Notes: generated by a model not told the origin, from the letters alone. Numbered from the stretch's first letter, positions 23,421 through 32,366 are shown. The stretch is DNA of 64,000 nucleotides from Mycobacteriales bacterium (GCA_036558285.1 DATBFW010000145.1:19214-83213); one strand, 5' to 3'. Program-made: numbers and translations.

Positions 23421-25082
23421 TCAGCCGCGCGCGGGGGGCAGCGCCAGATACTCGTGCACCTGGTGGATGCACATCGAGCCTTCGCCCACGGCCGAGGCGA
23501 CCCGCTTGACGGAGCCGTGCCGGACGTCGCCGACGGCGAACACGCCGGGCATGGTCGTCTCCAGCGGAAGGGGCGGCCGCTCCAGCGTCCACGTTCCGCG
23601 GGCGTCCGGCCCGGTGAGCAGGTAACCCCACCGGTCGCGGCCGAGCCGGCCGGGCAGCCAGCCGGTGAGCGGCTCGGCGCCGATCAGGACGAACAAGCCC
23701 CCGGCCGGCAGCGAGTCGACGCTGCCGGAGAACCGGTCTTGCAACCGTACGTACTCCAGCCGCCCGTCGCCGCCGCCGCCCACCACCTCGACGCCGTATC
23801 GGACGTCCACAGTGGACGCGGCGTCGATCTCCCGGATCAGGTAGTCCGACATGCTCTCGGCCAGCGACCGCGAGCGGACCAGGATCGAGACCTGGCTGGC
23901 GTACTTCGACAGGTGCAGCGCGGCCTGCCCGGCCGAGTTGCCGCCGCCGACGACGACGGCGTGCCGTCCCGCCATCGCCTGCGCCTGCACGGTGGCGGCA
24001 CCGTAGAACACGCCGGCGCCGACGAGCGCCTCGAGCTCGGGAACGCCGAGCCGCCGGTACGAGGCGCCGCTCGCGATGATCACCGTGCGGCTCCGGACCT
24101 CGCTGCCGTCCGCGAGCCCGAGGACGTAGCTGCCGCCGTCGTCGGCCATCGAGATGGCCGGGTTGCCGTAGACGAACTGCGTCCCGAACGTCCACGCCTG
24201 CTGGTACGCCCGCCAGGCCAGCTCCACCCCGCTGACACCCCACGGGAAACCCGGGTAGTTGCGGATCAGCGAGCTGGTCCCGGCCTGGCCGCCGAACGCC
24301 TCCCGCTCGAGCACCGCGGTCGGCAGGCCCTCGGAGGCCCCGTACACCGCCGCGGCCAGGCCCGCCGGCCCGGCGCCTACGATCAGCAGGTCGTACGTCC
24401 GCTCCGATGGCCGTACGTCGACCCCGAGCGCCTGCCCGACCTCGGCATTGCTGGGATCGACCAGGACCGCGCCGCTGTAGAGAATGACCACCGGACCCTG
24501 ATCGGGTCGCAGCCCCAGCCGGTCCAGCGCGGCGACTCCCTCCGCCGAGTCGGCACGGTGGAAGCCGAACGGCACGCTGTTGCGGGTGAGCACGTCGCGG
24601 ATCTCGTGCGAGCGGGCGTTGTGCTCGCCGCCGACCACGGTCACCGCCTCGAACCGGCCGCCCCGGTGCCGCCACCACTCCCCCAACGACGCGGTCAGCG
24701 CCAGGTGGAACTCCTCGTCCGGCGACCAGGCCGGCTTCGGGAGGTAGAACTCGATCTGTCCGAGTGCCGTGGCGGCGAGGATCGGCGCGGTGCTCGACCG
24801 GTCCCCCCACGAGATCAGCAGCCCGCGCCGGGCGGTGGGATGCAGCTCCCGGACCCGGGCCAGCATCTCGGTGCCGGTCGTCTCCGGCATCCACTGGTCG
24901 GCCAGGACCAGCGGCACGTCGACGGCCGCGGCCCGCAGCTCGGTCAGGACCGCCATCGCCTCCCGCGCCGAGGCGCACGCCACGATCCGGTAGTGCGCGC
25001 CGTAGCGCGCCTCCAGCTCCAGGCTGAGCGCCCGCAGGCTCTCCGCGTCGTCGTCGACGACGAGCACCACCGGCCTGGCCAC
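23421..25082 (-). CDS. Fused receiver (REC) domain / thioredoxin-reductase-like FAD-dependent oxidoreductase without the CxxC redox motif
   Basis: VVLVVDDD..VLADQWMPETTG.. then YDLLIVGAGPAGLAAAVY (FAD), VVVGGGNSAGQAALHL (NAD(P)H) and GVFAVGDVR. Where CATCDG is expected the protein reads GAATVQAQ. Confidence 0.88.
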   Translation of the reverse strand: MARPVVLVVDDDAESLRALSLELEARYGAHYRIVACASAREAMAVLTELRAAAVDVPLVLADQWMPETTGTEMLARVRELHPTARRGLLISWGDRSSTAPILAATALGQIEFYLPKPAWSPDEEFHLALTASLGEWWRHRGGRFEAVTVVGGEHNARSHEIRDVLTRNSVPFGFHRADSAEGVAALDRLGLRPDQGPVVILYSGAVLVDPSNAEVGQALGVDVRPSERTYDLLIVGAGPAGLAAAVYGASEGLPTAVLEREAFGGQAGTSSLIRNYPGFPWGVSGVELAWRAYQQAWTFGTQFVYGNPAISMADDGGSYVLGLADGSEVRSRTVIIASGASYRRLGVPELEALVGAGVFYGAATVQAQAMAGRHAVVVGGGNSAGQAALHLSKYASQVSILVRSRSLAESMSDYLIREIDAASTVDVRYGVEVVGGGGDGRLEYVRLQDRFSGSVDSLPAGGLFVLIGAEPLTGWLPGRLGRDRWGYLLTGPDARGTWTLERPPLPLETTMPGVFAVGDVRHGSVKRVASAVGEGSMCIHQVHEYLALPPARG

Positions 25083-25123
25083 GCGGCCGACCGTACGCGG
25101 CCCGACCGGCGGCCGGGCCGGAT

Positions 25124-26179
25124 TCAGCCGCCGGCGAGCACGTCCGGGCCGACCACGCGCACCGGGACGGCCGGCAGCGGCGAGGGTGCCGGCCCGGCCA
25201 GCACGGCGCCGGTGCCGGCGTCGTAGACCGCCCCGTGGCACGGGCACCGGAACGTACGCCCGTCCGGGGCGATCTCGACCGCGCAGCCGGCGTGGGTGCA
25301 GGCCCGCTGGAACCCGACGACCGTGTCGGCGGTCGGGCGGGCGAGCAGCGCCGGTGTGCCGCTGCCCGGCAGGGTCACGGCGACCGCTCCCCCGACCGGG
25401 ACGTCCGTCACCGCGGCCAGCCGAGCGCCGGACGCGCCCGGGTTCGCGCCGCCCGGGTTCGCGCCGCCAGGGTTCGCGCCGCCAGGGTTCGCGCCGCCCG
25501 GGTTCGCGCCGCCAGGGGTCGGGACGGCCGCGGGGACCACCGGCGACCGCGTACCGCGGGCGAGGAGCGCTGCCGCCCCGGCGAGTCCCGCCGTCACCGC
25601 GACCACGGCCGCCTGGGCCAGCAGCGCCCGCCGGTCGGGCCGCGGCTCGCCGCCGGCCGGGAACCGGCGGGCCAGCACGACCTCGAGCGACAGCACCCCG
25701 CCGGCGCCGAAGAGAACCAGCGGTAGCCAGCACACCAGGAACACGACGTCCGAGCCGTAGTAGTAGGGCCTCGTCGCCCAGGTGACCGTCAGCAGCAGGG
25801 ACAGCGAGATGAGCGCGCCGCCGGCCGCCGCCAGCCGGACCCGTACGCCGAGCAGGGTGGCCACGCCGACGGCGATCTCGCCGAGGGCGATCAGCACGCC
25901 GAGGGTGCCCGCGTGCCCGGACAAGGCTCGCAGGAGCGGACCGAGCGGGCTGGTGTCGCGGACGGCGGCGAGCTGGGCGTGGATCGAGGTCGGCGCCGCC
26001 GGGTCGAAGAAGCTCCGGTCCGCCAGCTTGTCCAGCCCGGCGTACGCGAAGGTGAACCCGAGGAACAGCCGCTGCGGCAGCAGCAGCCAGGTCGGGTCGG
26101 TGGTCCTGGCCCGCCATCGCCGCAGCCGGCCGTCGAGCGGCCGTACCTGGACGTGGTCGTCGTCCGCGCCGATCGCCAT
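25124..26179 (-). CDS. DoxX-like membrane domain fused to a Rieske [2Fe-2S] domain
   Basis: RBS GGAGGAGG. N-terminal TM helices (LLLPQRLFLGFTFAYAGLDKL..). C-terminal CTHAGC..(x14)..CPCHG Rieske ligands. A PGGAN x5 linker joins the two. Confidence 0.85.
   Translation of the reverse strand: MAIGADDDHVQVRPLDGRLRRWRARTTDPTWLLLPQRLFLGFTFAYAGLDKLADRSFFDPAAPTSIHAQLAAVRDTSPLGPLLRALSGHAGTLGVLIALGEIAVGVATLLGVRVRLAAAGGALISLSLLLTVTWATRPYYYGSDVVFLVCWLPLVLFGAGGVLSLEVVLARRFPAGGEPRPDRRALLAQAAVVAVTAGLAGAAALLARGTRSPVVPAAVPTPGGANPGGANPGGANPGGANPGGANPGASGARLAAVTDVPVGGAVAVTLPGSGTPALLARPTADTVVGFQRACTHAGCAVEIAPDGRTFRCPCHGAVYDAGTGAVLAGPAPSPLPAVPVRVVGPDVLAGG
25436..25510. repeat. 15-nt tandem repeat x5 (GCCCGGGTTCGCGCC-like) encoding (PGGAN)5
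   Basis: Seen directly. Units differ only at one position (C/A). Lies in-frame inside the DoxX-Rieske gene between the membrane and Rieske parts. Confidence 0.9.
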
Positions 26180-26283
26180 CGCGCCCCTCCTCCGCCGACC
26201 GCCGGTCCTCCTACACCGGTCGGGGCGGCCACGTTCCGATGGGAACCCCGGTGGCGGCAGTGGTGTAGAGGAGGCAGGCGGCG

Positions 26284-26916
26284 GTGTGGGAGCGACGACG
26301 TCGGTGCCACTGTTGGCCGACGTCGACCAGTGCCCGAGGGGAGGAGCAGACGGACGACGCGGAGGCGGCGGCCCGCGCCCGCGACGGCGACCTCGACGCG
26401 TTCGAGCTGCTCGTCGCGCGATACGCCACGGTCGCGCACCGTACGGCCGCGCTGCTCGGCGGCGGGGACGACGCGGCGGACATCGTGCAGGAGGCGTTCG
26501 TCAAGGCGTTCCGCGGGCTGCGCGGCTTCCAGCCCGGCGCGCCGTTCCGCCCGTGGTTGCTGAAGATCGTCGCGAACGAGACGCGCAACGTCCAGCGCTC
26601 CGCCCGCCGCCGGGCCGGTGCCTACCTGCGGCTGGCGAGCGAGCCCGGCCGCGGACCGGCCGAGCCCGAGCCGTCGCCGGAGCTGGCCGCGGTGGCGGCG
26701 GACCGTCGCGCCCGCCTGCTGGCCGCCGTCCGCGGGCTCCCCGAGCGGGACCAGCTGGTGATCACCTGCCGGTACTTCCTGGAGTTCGACGAGGCCGAGA
26801 CGGCGACGGTGCTCGGCTGGCCGCGCGGGACGGTGAAGTCCCGGCTGTCCCGCGCGCTGCGGCGGCTGCGGCTGCAACTGGACGAGGAGCTCGGGACGGA
26901 GGTGCGCCGTGCCTGA
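26284..26916 (+). CDS. ECF-type RNA polymerase sigma factor
   Basis: GDLDAFELLVARYATVAHRTA..DIVQEAFVKAFRGL..PWLLKIVANETRN and LPERDQLVITCRYFLEFDEAETATVLGWPRGTVKSRLSRAL. GAGGAGG precedes GTG 26284. Confidence 0.88.
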   Translation: MWERRRRCHCWPTSTSARGEEQTDDAEAAARARDGDLDAFELLVARYATVAHRTAALLGGGDDAADIVQEAFVKAFRGLRGFQPGAPFRPWLLKIVANETRNVQRSARRRAGAYLRLASEPGRGPAEPEPSPELAAVAADRRARLLAAVRGLPERDQLVITCRYFLEFDEAETATVLGWPRGTVKSRLSRALRRLRLQLDEELGTEVRRA

Positions 26917-27682
26917 CCCGGCTTCGACATCACCGGTGGACAGCGAGCTGCGGGAGCTTAGCCGCTGGCTGGCGGTACCGCCGGAGCCCGACGTGGCGAC
27001 CGCGGTCCGGGCGCGCCTGCAGGCGGCGGGGTCGGTCGGCAGGCCGCACCACCGGCTGTGGCGGGCTGCGGCGGTGCTGGTCGCGCTCATGATCGTCGCG
27101 GCCGGGACGGTGGTCGCGTCTCCGCAGGTCCGGGCCGCGCTGCTGGACGTCCTGCGGGTCGGCTCGGTCGAGGTGCACCCCGGCCCGGCGCCGACGGCCA
27201 CCTCGCCGCCGGCGCCGGTGGTCGGCCTGCACGCGGCGTCGCTGACCGCGGCCCGGGAGTCGGCGGACTTCCACGTGCTGGTGCCCGGCGCGCCGCTGCA
27301 GCACCCGGACGAGGTGCTGGTCGAGAACGGCCCGCGACCGACGTACGTGGCGCTGCGCTACCGTGCCGGTCCGGGTCGGCCGCCGGTCAGCACCGGTGGG
27401 CTCGCGGTGCAGGTCGACGAGATCGCCGGCGACAGCACCCGGTTCTACGAGAAGTACCTCGACGGCGCCGGGGCACGCCGGGTCCGGGTCGGCGGCGCGC
27501 CGGGCGTGTGGATCGACGGGCCGCACGAGCTGATCGTGGTCGACCGGGCCGGTGAGGTCCGCGTCGAGCAGCCGCGGCTGGCCGCGAGGACCCTGGTGTG
27601 GCAGCGCGACGGCGTCACCCTCCGGCTGGAAGCGGACCTGACGCTGGCGCAGGCCCTCGCGGTCGCCGGCGGAATGCGCTGA
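26909..27682 (+). CDS. Membrane-anchored anti-sigma-like protein with DUF4367-like C-terminus
   Basis: GTG overlaps the sigma stop. One TM (AAAVLVALMIVAAGTVVA). C-terminal ..TLVWQRDGVTLRLEADLTLAQALAVA pattern. Confidence 0.7.
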   Translation: MPDPASTSPVDSELRELSRWLAVPPEPDVATAVRARLQAAGSVGRPHHRLWRAAAVLVALMIVAAGTVVASPQVRAALLDVLRVGSVEVHPGPAPTATSPPAPVVGLHAASLTAARESADFHVLVPGAPLQHPDEVLVENGPRPTYVALRYRAGPGRPPVSTGGLAVQVDEIAGDSTRFYEKYLDGAGARRVRVGGAPGVWIDGPHELIVVDRAGEVRVEQPRLAARTLVWQRDGVTLRLEADLTLAQALAVAGGMR

Positions 27683-27720
27683 CGCTCGCTGCCGGCCGAA
27701 CTCGTGTGGTAGCAAGGGGA

Positions 27721-28698
27721 ATGGCCGGCGCCCGGCCCACCCACGACCCGCTGCGCGAGCAGCGGGTGGAACGAGTTCGGCTCGGGATCTGCGAGACCAT
27801 CGTGCCGTTCGACCTCCGCGTCGGCGCGGACGAGGACTGCCGGGCCGAGATCCACTCCCTGGATCTCGGGATGATCAGGATCGTCTGCGCCGCGGGCGAT
27901 TCGCTCGAGGGCGAGGTGTTCCGTACGCCCCGGCTCATCCGCGCCTCGGATCCGGACCTGTGCAAGATCGACGTGCAGGTGCGCGGGCGGGGGGTGCTCG
28001 AGCAGGACGACCGGCAGGCCGAGCTGGGACCGGGCGCCTTCAGCTTCGTCGACCTGTCCCGGCCGTGCCAGCTGGCCGGCGGGCTCGACGGCGTGGCGGC
28101 TGTGATGTTCCCGCGCTCGCTGCTGCCGCTGCGCTACCGGGACACCAAGCAGCTCGCCGGCGTCCGGTTCGACCCGGATGAGCCCAACAGCGCGCTGGTC
28201 GGCCTGCTGGTCGGGAAGGTCGCCGGCAACCTGGACGAGCACGTCACCCCGGCGAACGTCCGGATCGGCGGGGCCATCTTCGACCTGATCGTCGCGGCGC
28301 TGTCGGTCCGGCTCGACCGGGTCGACGCGGTCCCGGCGGACACCCGGCTGCGGGCGCTGGGCTGGCAGGTCAAGAGCTTCATCGAGGCGCAGCTGGGCGA
28401 CCCCGCGCTGACGCCGGGCCGGATCGCCGCCGCGCACCACATCTCGCTGCGGTACCTGTACCGGATCTTCGAGGCCGAGCACACGTCGGTCGGCTCCTGG
28501 ATCCGCGGTCGCCGGCTCGACCACTGCCGCCGCGACCTCACCGACCCGGCGCTGGCCGGACGTGCGGTCAGCGCGATCGGCGCCCGGTGGGGGTTCGTCG
28601 ACGCCACGCACTTCACCCGCGCGTTCAAGACGGCGTACGGCGTGACGCCCGGCGACTACCGGCGTCTGTCCGTCCAGCCCGACCGATCCCGCAGCTGA
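27721..28698 (+). CDS. AraC family transcriptional regulator
   Basis: C-terminal dual HTH: IAAAHHISLRYLYRIFEAE..SAIGARWGFVDATHFTRAFKTAYGVTPGDYR. Confidence 0.88.
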   Translation: MAGARPTHDPLREQRVERVRLGICETIVPFDLRVGADEDCRAEIHSLDLGMIRIVCAAGDSLEGEVFRTPRLIRASDPDLCKIDVQVRGRGVLEQDDRQAELGPGAFSFVDLSRPCQLAGGLDGVAAVMFPRSLLPLRYRDTKQLAGVRFDPDEPNSALVGLLVGKVAGNLDEHVTPANVRIGGAIFDLIVAALSVRLDRVDAVPADTRLRALGWQVKSFIEAQLGDPALTPGRIAAAHHISLRYLYRIFEAEHTSVGSWIRGRRLDHCRRDLTDPALAGRAVSAIGARWGFVDATHFTRAFKTAYGVTPGDYRRLSVQPDRSRS

Positions 28699-28814
28699 CT
28701 GACAGCGGGCACGGGCGGCCGAGGGTTGTGCACGGCCGGCCGAGACACCGCCGCGCGCGGGCCGCCACCCTCGACCGGAGTCCGCTCGGCGGACGTCGGC
28801 GGAAGGGGCCCGGG

Positions 28815-29636
28815 GTGAGCACATACCTGTTCGATCCGACCTGGCAGAAGGAACGGGACCGGCTCGGTGCCCTGGAGGCACTGTTCGACGGCTCGTCCCG
28901 GCGGCTGTTGGCCGACCTCGGCCTGCGCGAGGGGATGCGCTGCCTCGAGCTGGGCTGCGGCGCCGGCGGCCTCGCCGTCTGGCTGGCCGACGAGGTCGGC
29001 CGGACCGGACACGTGCTGGCGACCGACCTCGACACGCGGTTCGTCGACGGGCAGGGGCGCGCCAACCTCGACGTGCTCACCCACGACGTCGTCACCGACC
29101 CGCTCACCGAGGGGACCTTCGATCTCATCCACGCCCGCGCCGTGCTGGAGCACATCCCGGCCCGGGACGACGTCCTGCGCACGCTGGTCTCCGCGCTGAG
29201 GCCCGGCGGCCGACTGCTGCTGGAGGACGTCGACTTCGGCGCGCCGACGGCACCCGCGCTCGCGCACTACTTCTCGCCGGCGGCCGTGGCGGCGCCGACC
29301 GAGCGGATCTACCTGGCTGTGGCGACCCTGTTCGCCGCCGCCGGCGCGGACGCGTCGTACGGCCGCCGGCTGCCGGCCGCCCTGACCGGCGCCGGCCTGC
29401 GGGACGTGGGTGCCGAGGTGCACGCGCCGGTGGTCAGCGGCGGCACCGAGACCTGGACGCGCGGCTCGATCGAACAGCTCGCCGACCGGCTGATCGGCAC
29501 CGGGCTGACCAGCCCGGCGGACATCGAGCTGTTCCTCGCCACGACGGCGCAGCCGGCCACGTTCTACCTGCCCCCGCTGATGGTCAGCGCGTGGGGCCGG
29601 CGCCCCGCGCGGCTGATTCCGGCTAGCGGAGGGTAG
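28815..29636 (+). CDS. Class I SAM-dependent methyltransferase
   Basis: Motif I CLELGCGAGGLAVWLA, then ATDLD and LLLEDVD. GTG 28815 chosen as start. Confidence 0.85.
   Translation: MSTYLFDPTWQKERDRLGALEALFDGSSRRLLADLGLREGMRCLELGCGAGGLAVWLADEVGRTGHVLATDLDTRFVDGQGRANLDVLTHDVVTDPLTEGTFDLIHARAVLEHIPARDDVLRTLVSALRPGGRLLLEDVDFGAPTAPALAHYFSPAAVAAPTERIYLAVATLFAAAGADASYGRRLPAALTGAGLRDVGAEVHAPVVSGGTETWTRGSIEQLADRLIGTGLTSPADIELFLATTAQPATFYLPPLMVSAWGRRPARLIPASGG
29617..29632. promoter_or_regulatory. CTAG-family half-palindrome, site G (TTCCGGCTAGCGGAGG)
   Basis: The left half is perfect and the right half is degenerate (12 of 16). It lies where two convergent genes overlap, not in a promoter, so it may be a relic. 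Confidence 0.25.
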
Positions 29637-30324
29637 CCACCAGGGTCGGGCTGCCCGGCTGGACCAGCTCGACCCGGCGGATCGCACTGACCGCCAGGTC
29701 GATCGTCCGCCCGTACGCGCCGGAGCCGGCGGTGACCCGGCAGACGCCGGCGTCGACCGTGCGGTTGTCGGTGGTCACCAGGCGGATCGCGTACGACCCG
29801 GAGGCCGGGGCCGCGGTCAGCTCGACGAACAGCCAGGACGGCGAGCCCTGGTAGGCGAAGACGTGACCGGCCTTCTGCCCGGACGCCTCGGCGAGACCGG
29901 CGGCGGTGAGGTAGCGGCCGTCCGCCACCGCGAGGGTCTGCCGGTAGTGGTCGGCGAGCCGGCGGTCGTCGGCGGTGTGCCGCCAGGTCAGGCCGACCGC
30001 CAGCACCGCTACCAGCACCGCCGCCAGCACCGCGGCGGCGGCCCGGAGCACCAGCCGCCGGGTGGGCCGCCGCCGGTGGCGGTGCCGGGTCACGGGCAGC
30101 GCCGCCAGCACCCGGCTCTCGAAGCCGGCGGACGGCTCGTGCTCCGGGGCGAGCACCAGCATCAGCTCGTCGACCAGCGTCGCCGCCTCCTGCAGCTCAT
30201 GCCGGCAGTCGGGGCAGCCGGTGAGGTGGGCCAGCGCGCGGGCCCGCTGCTCGCCCGAGGCCACCCCCGAGGCGAGCTCGGGCAGGAGCTCGCGGACCTC
30301 CTGGCAGTCGGCACGGTCAGTCAT
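29623..30324 (-). CDS. Zinc-binding anti-sigma factor (ZAS type), membrane-anchored
   Basis: HLTGCPDCRHE (HxxxCxxC) in the N-terminal anti-sigma domain. TM AAAAVLAAVLVAVLAV. Overlaps the upstream ECF gene by 8 nt. Confidence 0.85.
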   Translation of the reverse strand: MTDRADCQEVRELLPELASGVASGEQRARALAHLTGCPDCRHELQEAATLVDELMLVLAPEHEPSAGFESRVLAALPVTRHRHRRRPTRRLVLRAAAAVLAAVLVAVLAVGLTWRHTADDRRLADHYRQTLAVADGRYLTAAGLAEASGQKAGHVFAYQGSPSWLFVELTAAPASGSYAIRLVTTDNRTVDAGVCRVTAGSGAYGRTIDLAVSAIRRVELVQPGSPTLVATLR

Positions 30325-30865
30325 CGGACACCCCCAACCCCTGCCGCAGAACGCTGAACCCCCTGCGTACCCGCGTCTTCACCGTGCCGACCGGGATGCC
30401 CTCCCGTTCGGCGATGTCCCGCGCGGTCAGCCCGTAGAGCACCATGAGCACGAGCGGCAGGCTCTGCTCGCTCGGCAGCTTGCCCAGCGCCCGGCGCAGG
30501 TCGTCCAGGCTGTCCACATCGGACGGATCCGGCGCACCGTCCGGCTGGCTGTCGAGAGCACTGAGCAGCAGGCTCGGATCGGTCGGCAACTCACGCTGGT
30601 AGCGGACGGCGTCGATCGCGGTGTTCCGGGTGATCGTCAGCAGCCAGGTCGTCACCCGACCGCGCCGGGGGTCGTACGCGCCCGCGTACCGCCAGGCCTT
30701 GAGGAACGCCTCCTGGGCGACGTCCTCGGCCAGCGCCGGACTGCCGACGATCGTGCGGGCCAGCCCGTAGACGCGCGCCTGGTAGCGGCGCACGAGCGTC
30801 GCGGCCGCCTGGGCGTCACCCGCGGCCATGCCGGCCAGCAGCGACTCGTCGGACAGTGAGACCAC
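30317..30865 (-). CDS. ECF-type RNA polymerase sigma factor
   Basis: AEDVAQEAFLKAWRY..TWLLTITRNTAIDAVR and LVLMVLYGLTARDIAEREGIPVGTVKTRVRRG. Confidence 0.9.
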   Translation of the reverse strand: MVSLSDESLLAGMAAGDAQAAATLVRRYQARVYGLARTIVGSPALAEDVAQEAFLKAWRYAGAYDPRRGRVTTWLLTITRNTAIDAVRYQRELPTDPSLLLSALDSQPDGAPDPSDVDSLDDLRRALGKLPSEQSLPLVLMVLYGLTARDIAEREGIPVGTVKTRVRRGFSVLRQGLGVSDD

Positions 30866-30978
30866 TCCGGTAGTACGGGACGCGACCCGATCGGGTTTGG
30901 TCCGGCCCGGAGAAATCCCGACGGCGGCGACCTCCCGTACACCCGTCAGAAGCGCGACGACACCCGAGGAGGACCCGC

Positions 30979-31413
30979 ATGCCGCGCCATTTCCGGTTTG
31001 CCCTGTTGCTCGTGGTCGGGATGCTGGCGGTCGCCGCCTGCGGCTCGGCCGGGGCGAACTCCGAGAGCCCTGCGAAGCTCGCGATCACGTCGCCGGCGGA
31101 CGGTTCCACCGTTCAGCTGCCGATCAACCTGCGGTTCACGTCCAACGTCCCGCTCGGGCCGCCCGACTCGGGCATGGACCACGTGCACGTGTTCATGGAC
31201 GGTCACACCAGCGACTACACGGTCGTGCCGACGACCACCTTCCGGATCACGAACCTCAGTCCGGGGCGGCACACGATCGGGGTGACGCTGCAGCACGCGG
31301 ACCACTCGCCGGCCGGTGCCAAGGCACAGGTGACCGTCGTCGTCTCCGGCATCGGACCCGGCGGCGCGACTCCGGGCAGCAGCCCGACCAGTGCCCCTGG
31401 CTATGACTACTGA
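30979..31413 (+). CDS. Lipoprotein, DUF4399-like
   Basis: RBS GAGGAGG. Lipobox MLAVAAC. ITSPADGSTVQLPINLRF..GMDHVHVFMDG resembles the DUF4399 pattern. Confidence 0.8.
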   Translation: MPRHFRFALLLVVGMLAVAACGSAGANSESPAKLAITSPADGSTVQLPINLRFTSNVPLGPPDSGMDHVHVFMDGHTSDYTVVPTTTFRITNLSPGRHTIGVTLQHADHSPAGAKAQVTVVVSGIGPGGATPGSSPTSAPGYDY

Positions 31414-32125
31414 GCCGGAGACCAGACGACCGCGTCCGATCGGGTCACGACGTGGGCGCGCCGGCACCGTCCAGCGGTACAACCGGCGCACCCGTTGGTT
31501 CCACGCCGGCATTTACCTGACGGTGCTGGTGCTGCTGGCCACCGGCTGGTGGTTGCGGCTCGGCCAGGAAGGACGACCGAGCCCGCTGTCCAGGATCGCC
31601 GGGGTCCCGGACACCCAGCTGCACACCTGGACCGGCTGGGCGCTCGCCGGCGTGGCCGCGCTCGGCCTCGTCCTCGGCGTCCGCGCGGTGCGCACCTTCG
31701 CGGTCGAGACGGCGCGGTTCCGCCGGGCCGACCTGACCTGGTTCGCCCGGTGGCCGCGGGCGGTGTGGACGGGCCGGTTCGCCCGGCACGACGGCCACTT
31801 CGACCCGGGCCAGCGCATCGCCAACGTGGTGATCGTGGCCGGCCTGGCCGCGCTGATCGGCAGCGGCGTCGGGATGGCCCTGCTGCACGGCGGGCCCGCG
31901 TTCGTCGTGCTGGTCCGGGTGCACCGCTGGTCGACGTACGTGATCACGCCGGTGCTGGTCGGGCACATCCTGATCACCTTCCTGCCGCCCGGTTACCGAG
32001 GCGCCTGGCGGTCGATGCACCTGGGCGGCCGGGTGAACCGCGCGGTCGCCCGCCGGCTCTGGCCGGGCTGGCTGGAGCGCACCGGTGGCCCGGACGACGA
32101 GCCGACCCCACTTCGCCGGCGCTGA
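31403..32125 (+). CDS. Cytochrome b (b561 / Ni-hydrogenase b-type) family membrane protein
   Basis: VQRYNRRTRWFHAGIYLTVLVLLATGW start pattern. Four TM helices with four candidate haem-ligand His. Overlaps the preceding lipoprotein gene. Confidence 0.8.
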   Translation: MTTEPETRRPRPIGSRRGRAGTVQRYNRRTRWFHAGIYLTVLVLLATGWWLRLGQEGRPSPLSRIAGVPDTQLHTWTGWALAGVAALGLVLGVRAVRTFAVETARFRRADLTWFARWPRAVWTGRFARHDGHFDPGQRIANVVIVAGLAALIGSGVGMALLHGGPAFVVLVRVHRWSTYVITPVLVGHILITFLPPGYRGAWRSMHLGGRVNRAVARRLWPGWLERTGGPDDEPTPLRRR

Positions 32126-32366
32126 GCTCGCCCGGGGCGAGGCATGCCTCCCGCACCGCCTCCGCAGCGTCCACATCGGACGGCGGGCGGCGTGCAGCGG
32201 ATCATCCGCGGCGGATGGTGTCGCCCGGACGTCCGGCACGGGCGCCGGGCCGGCCGCCGCACGGGCGCCGTCGAGCCGCCGCACTAGTCCCCATGGGATG
32301 AGGCGGCGACCTCCCGCGCGGCGACAAGGTCTGCGCACAGTGTGCGGCGGTCAGGGAGGCGGAGCC

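Noticed and set aside
26208-26274. Inverted repeat CCTCCTACACC ... GGTGTAGAGGAGG in the DoxX-Rieske / ECF sigma divergent gap.
   Set aside because: The arms largely coincide with the two facing ribosome-binding sites (GGAGGAGG on each strand). The symmetry is probably a by-product, although mutual occlusion cannot be excluded.
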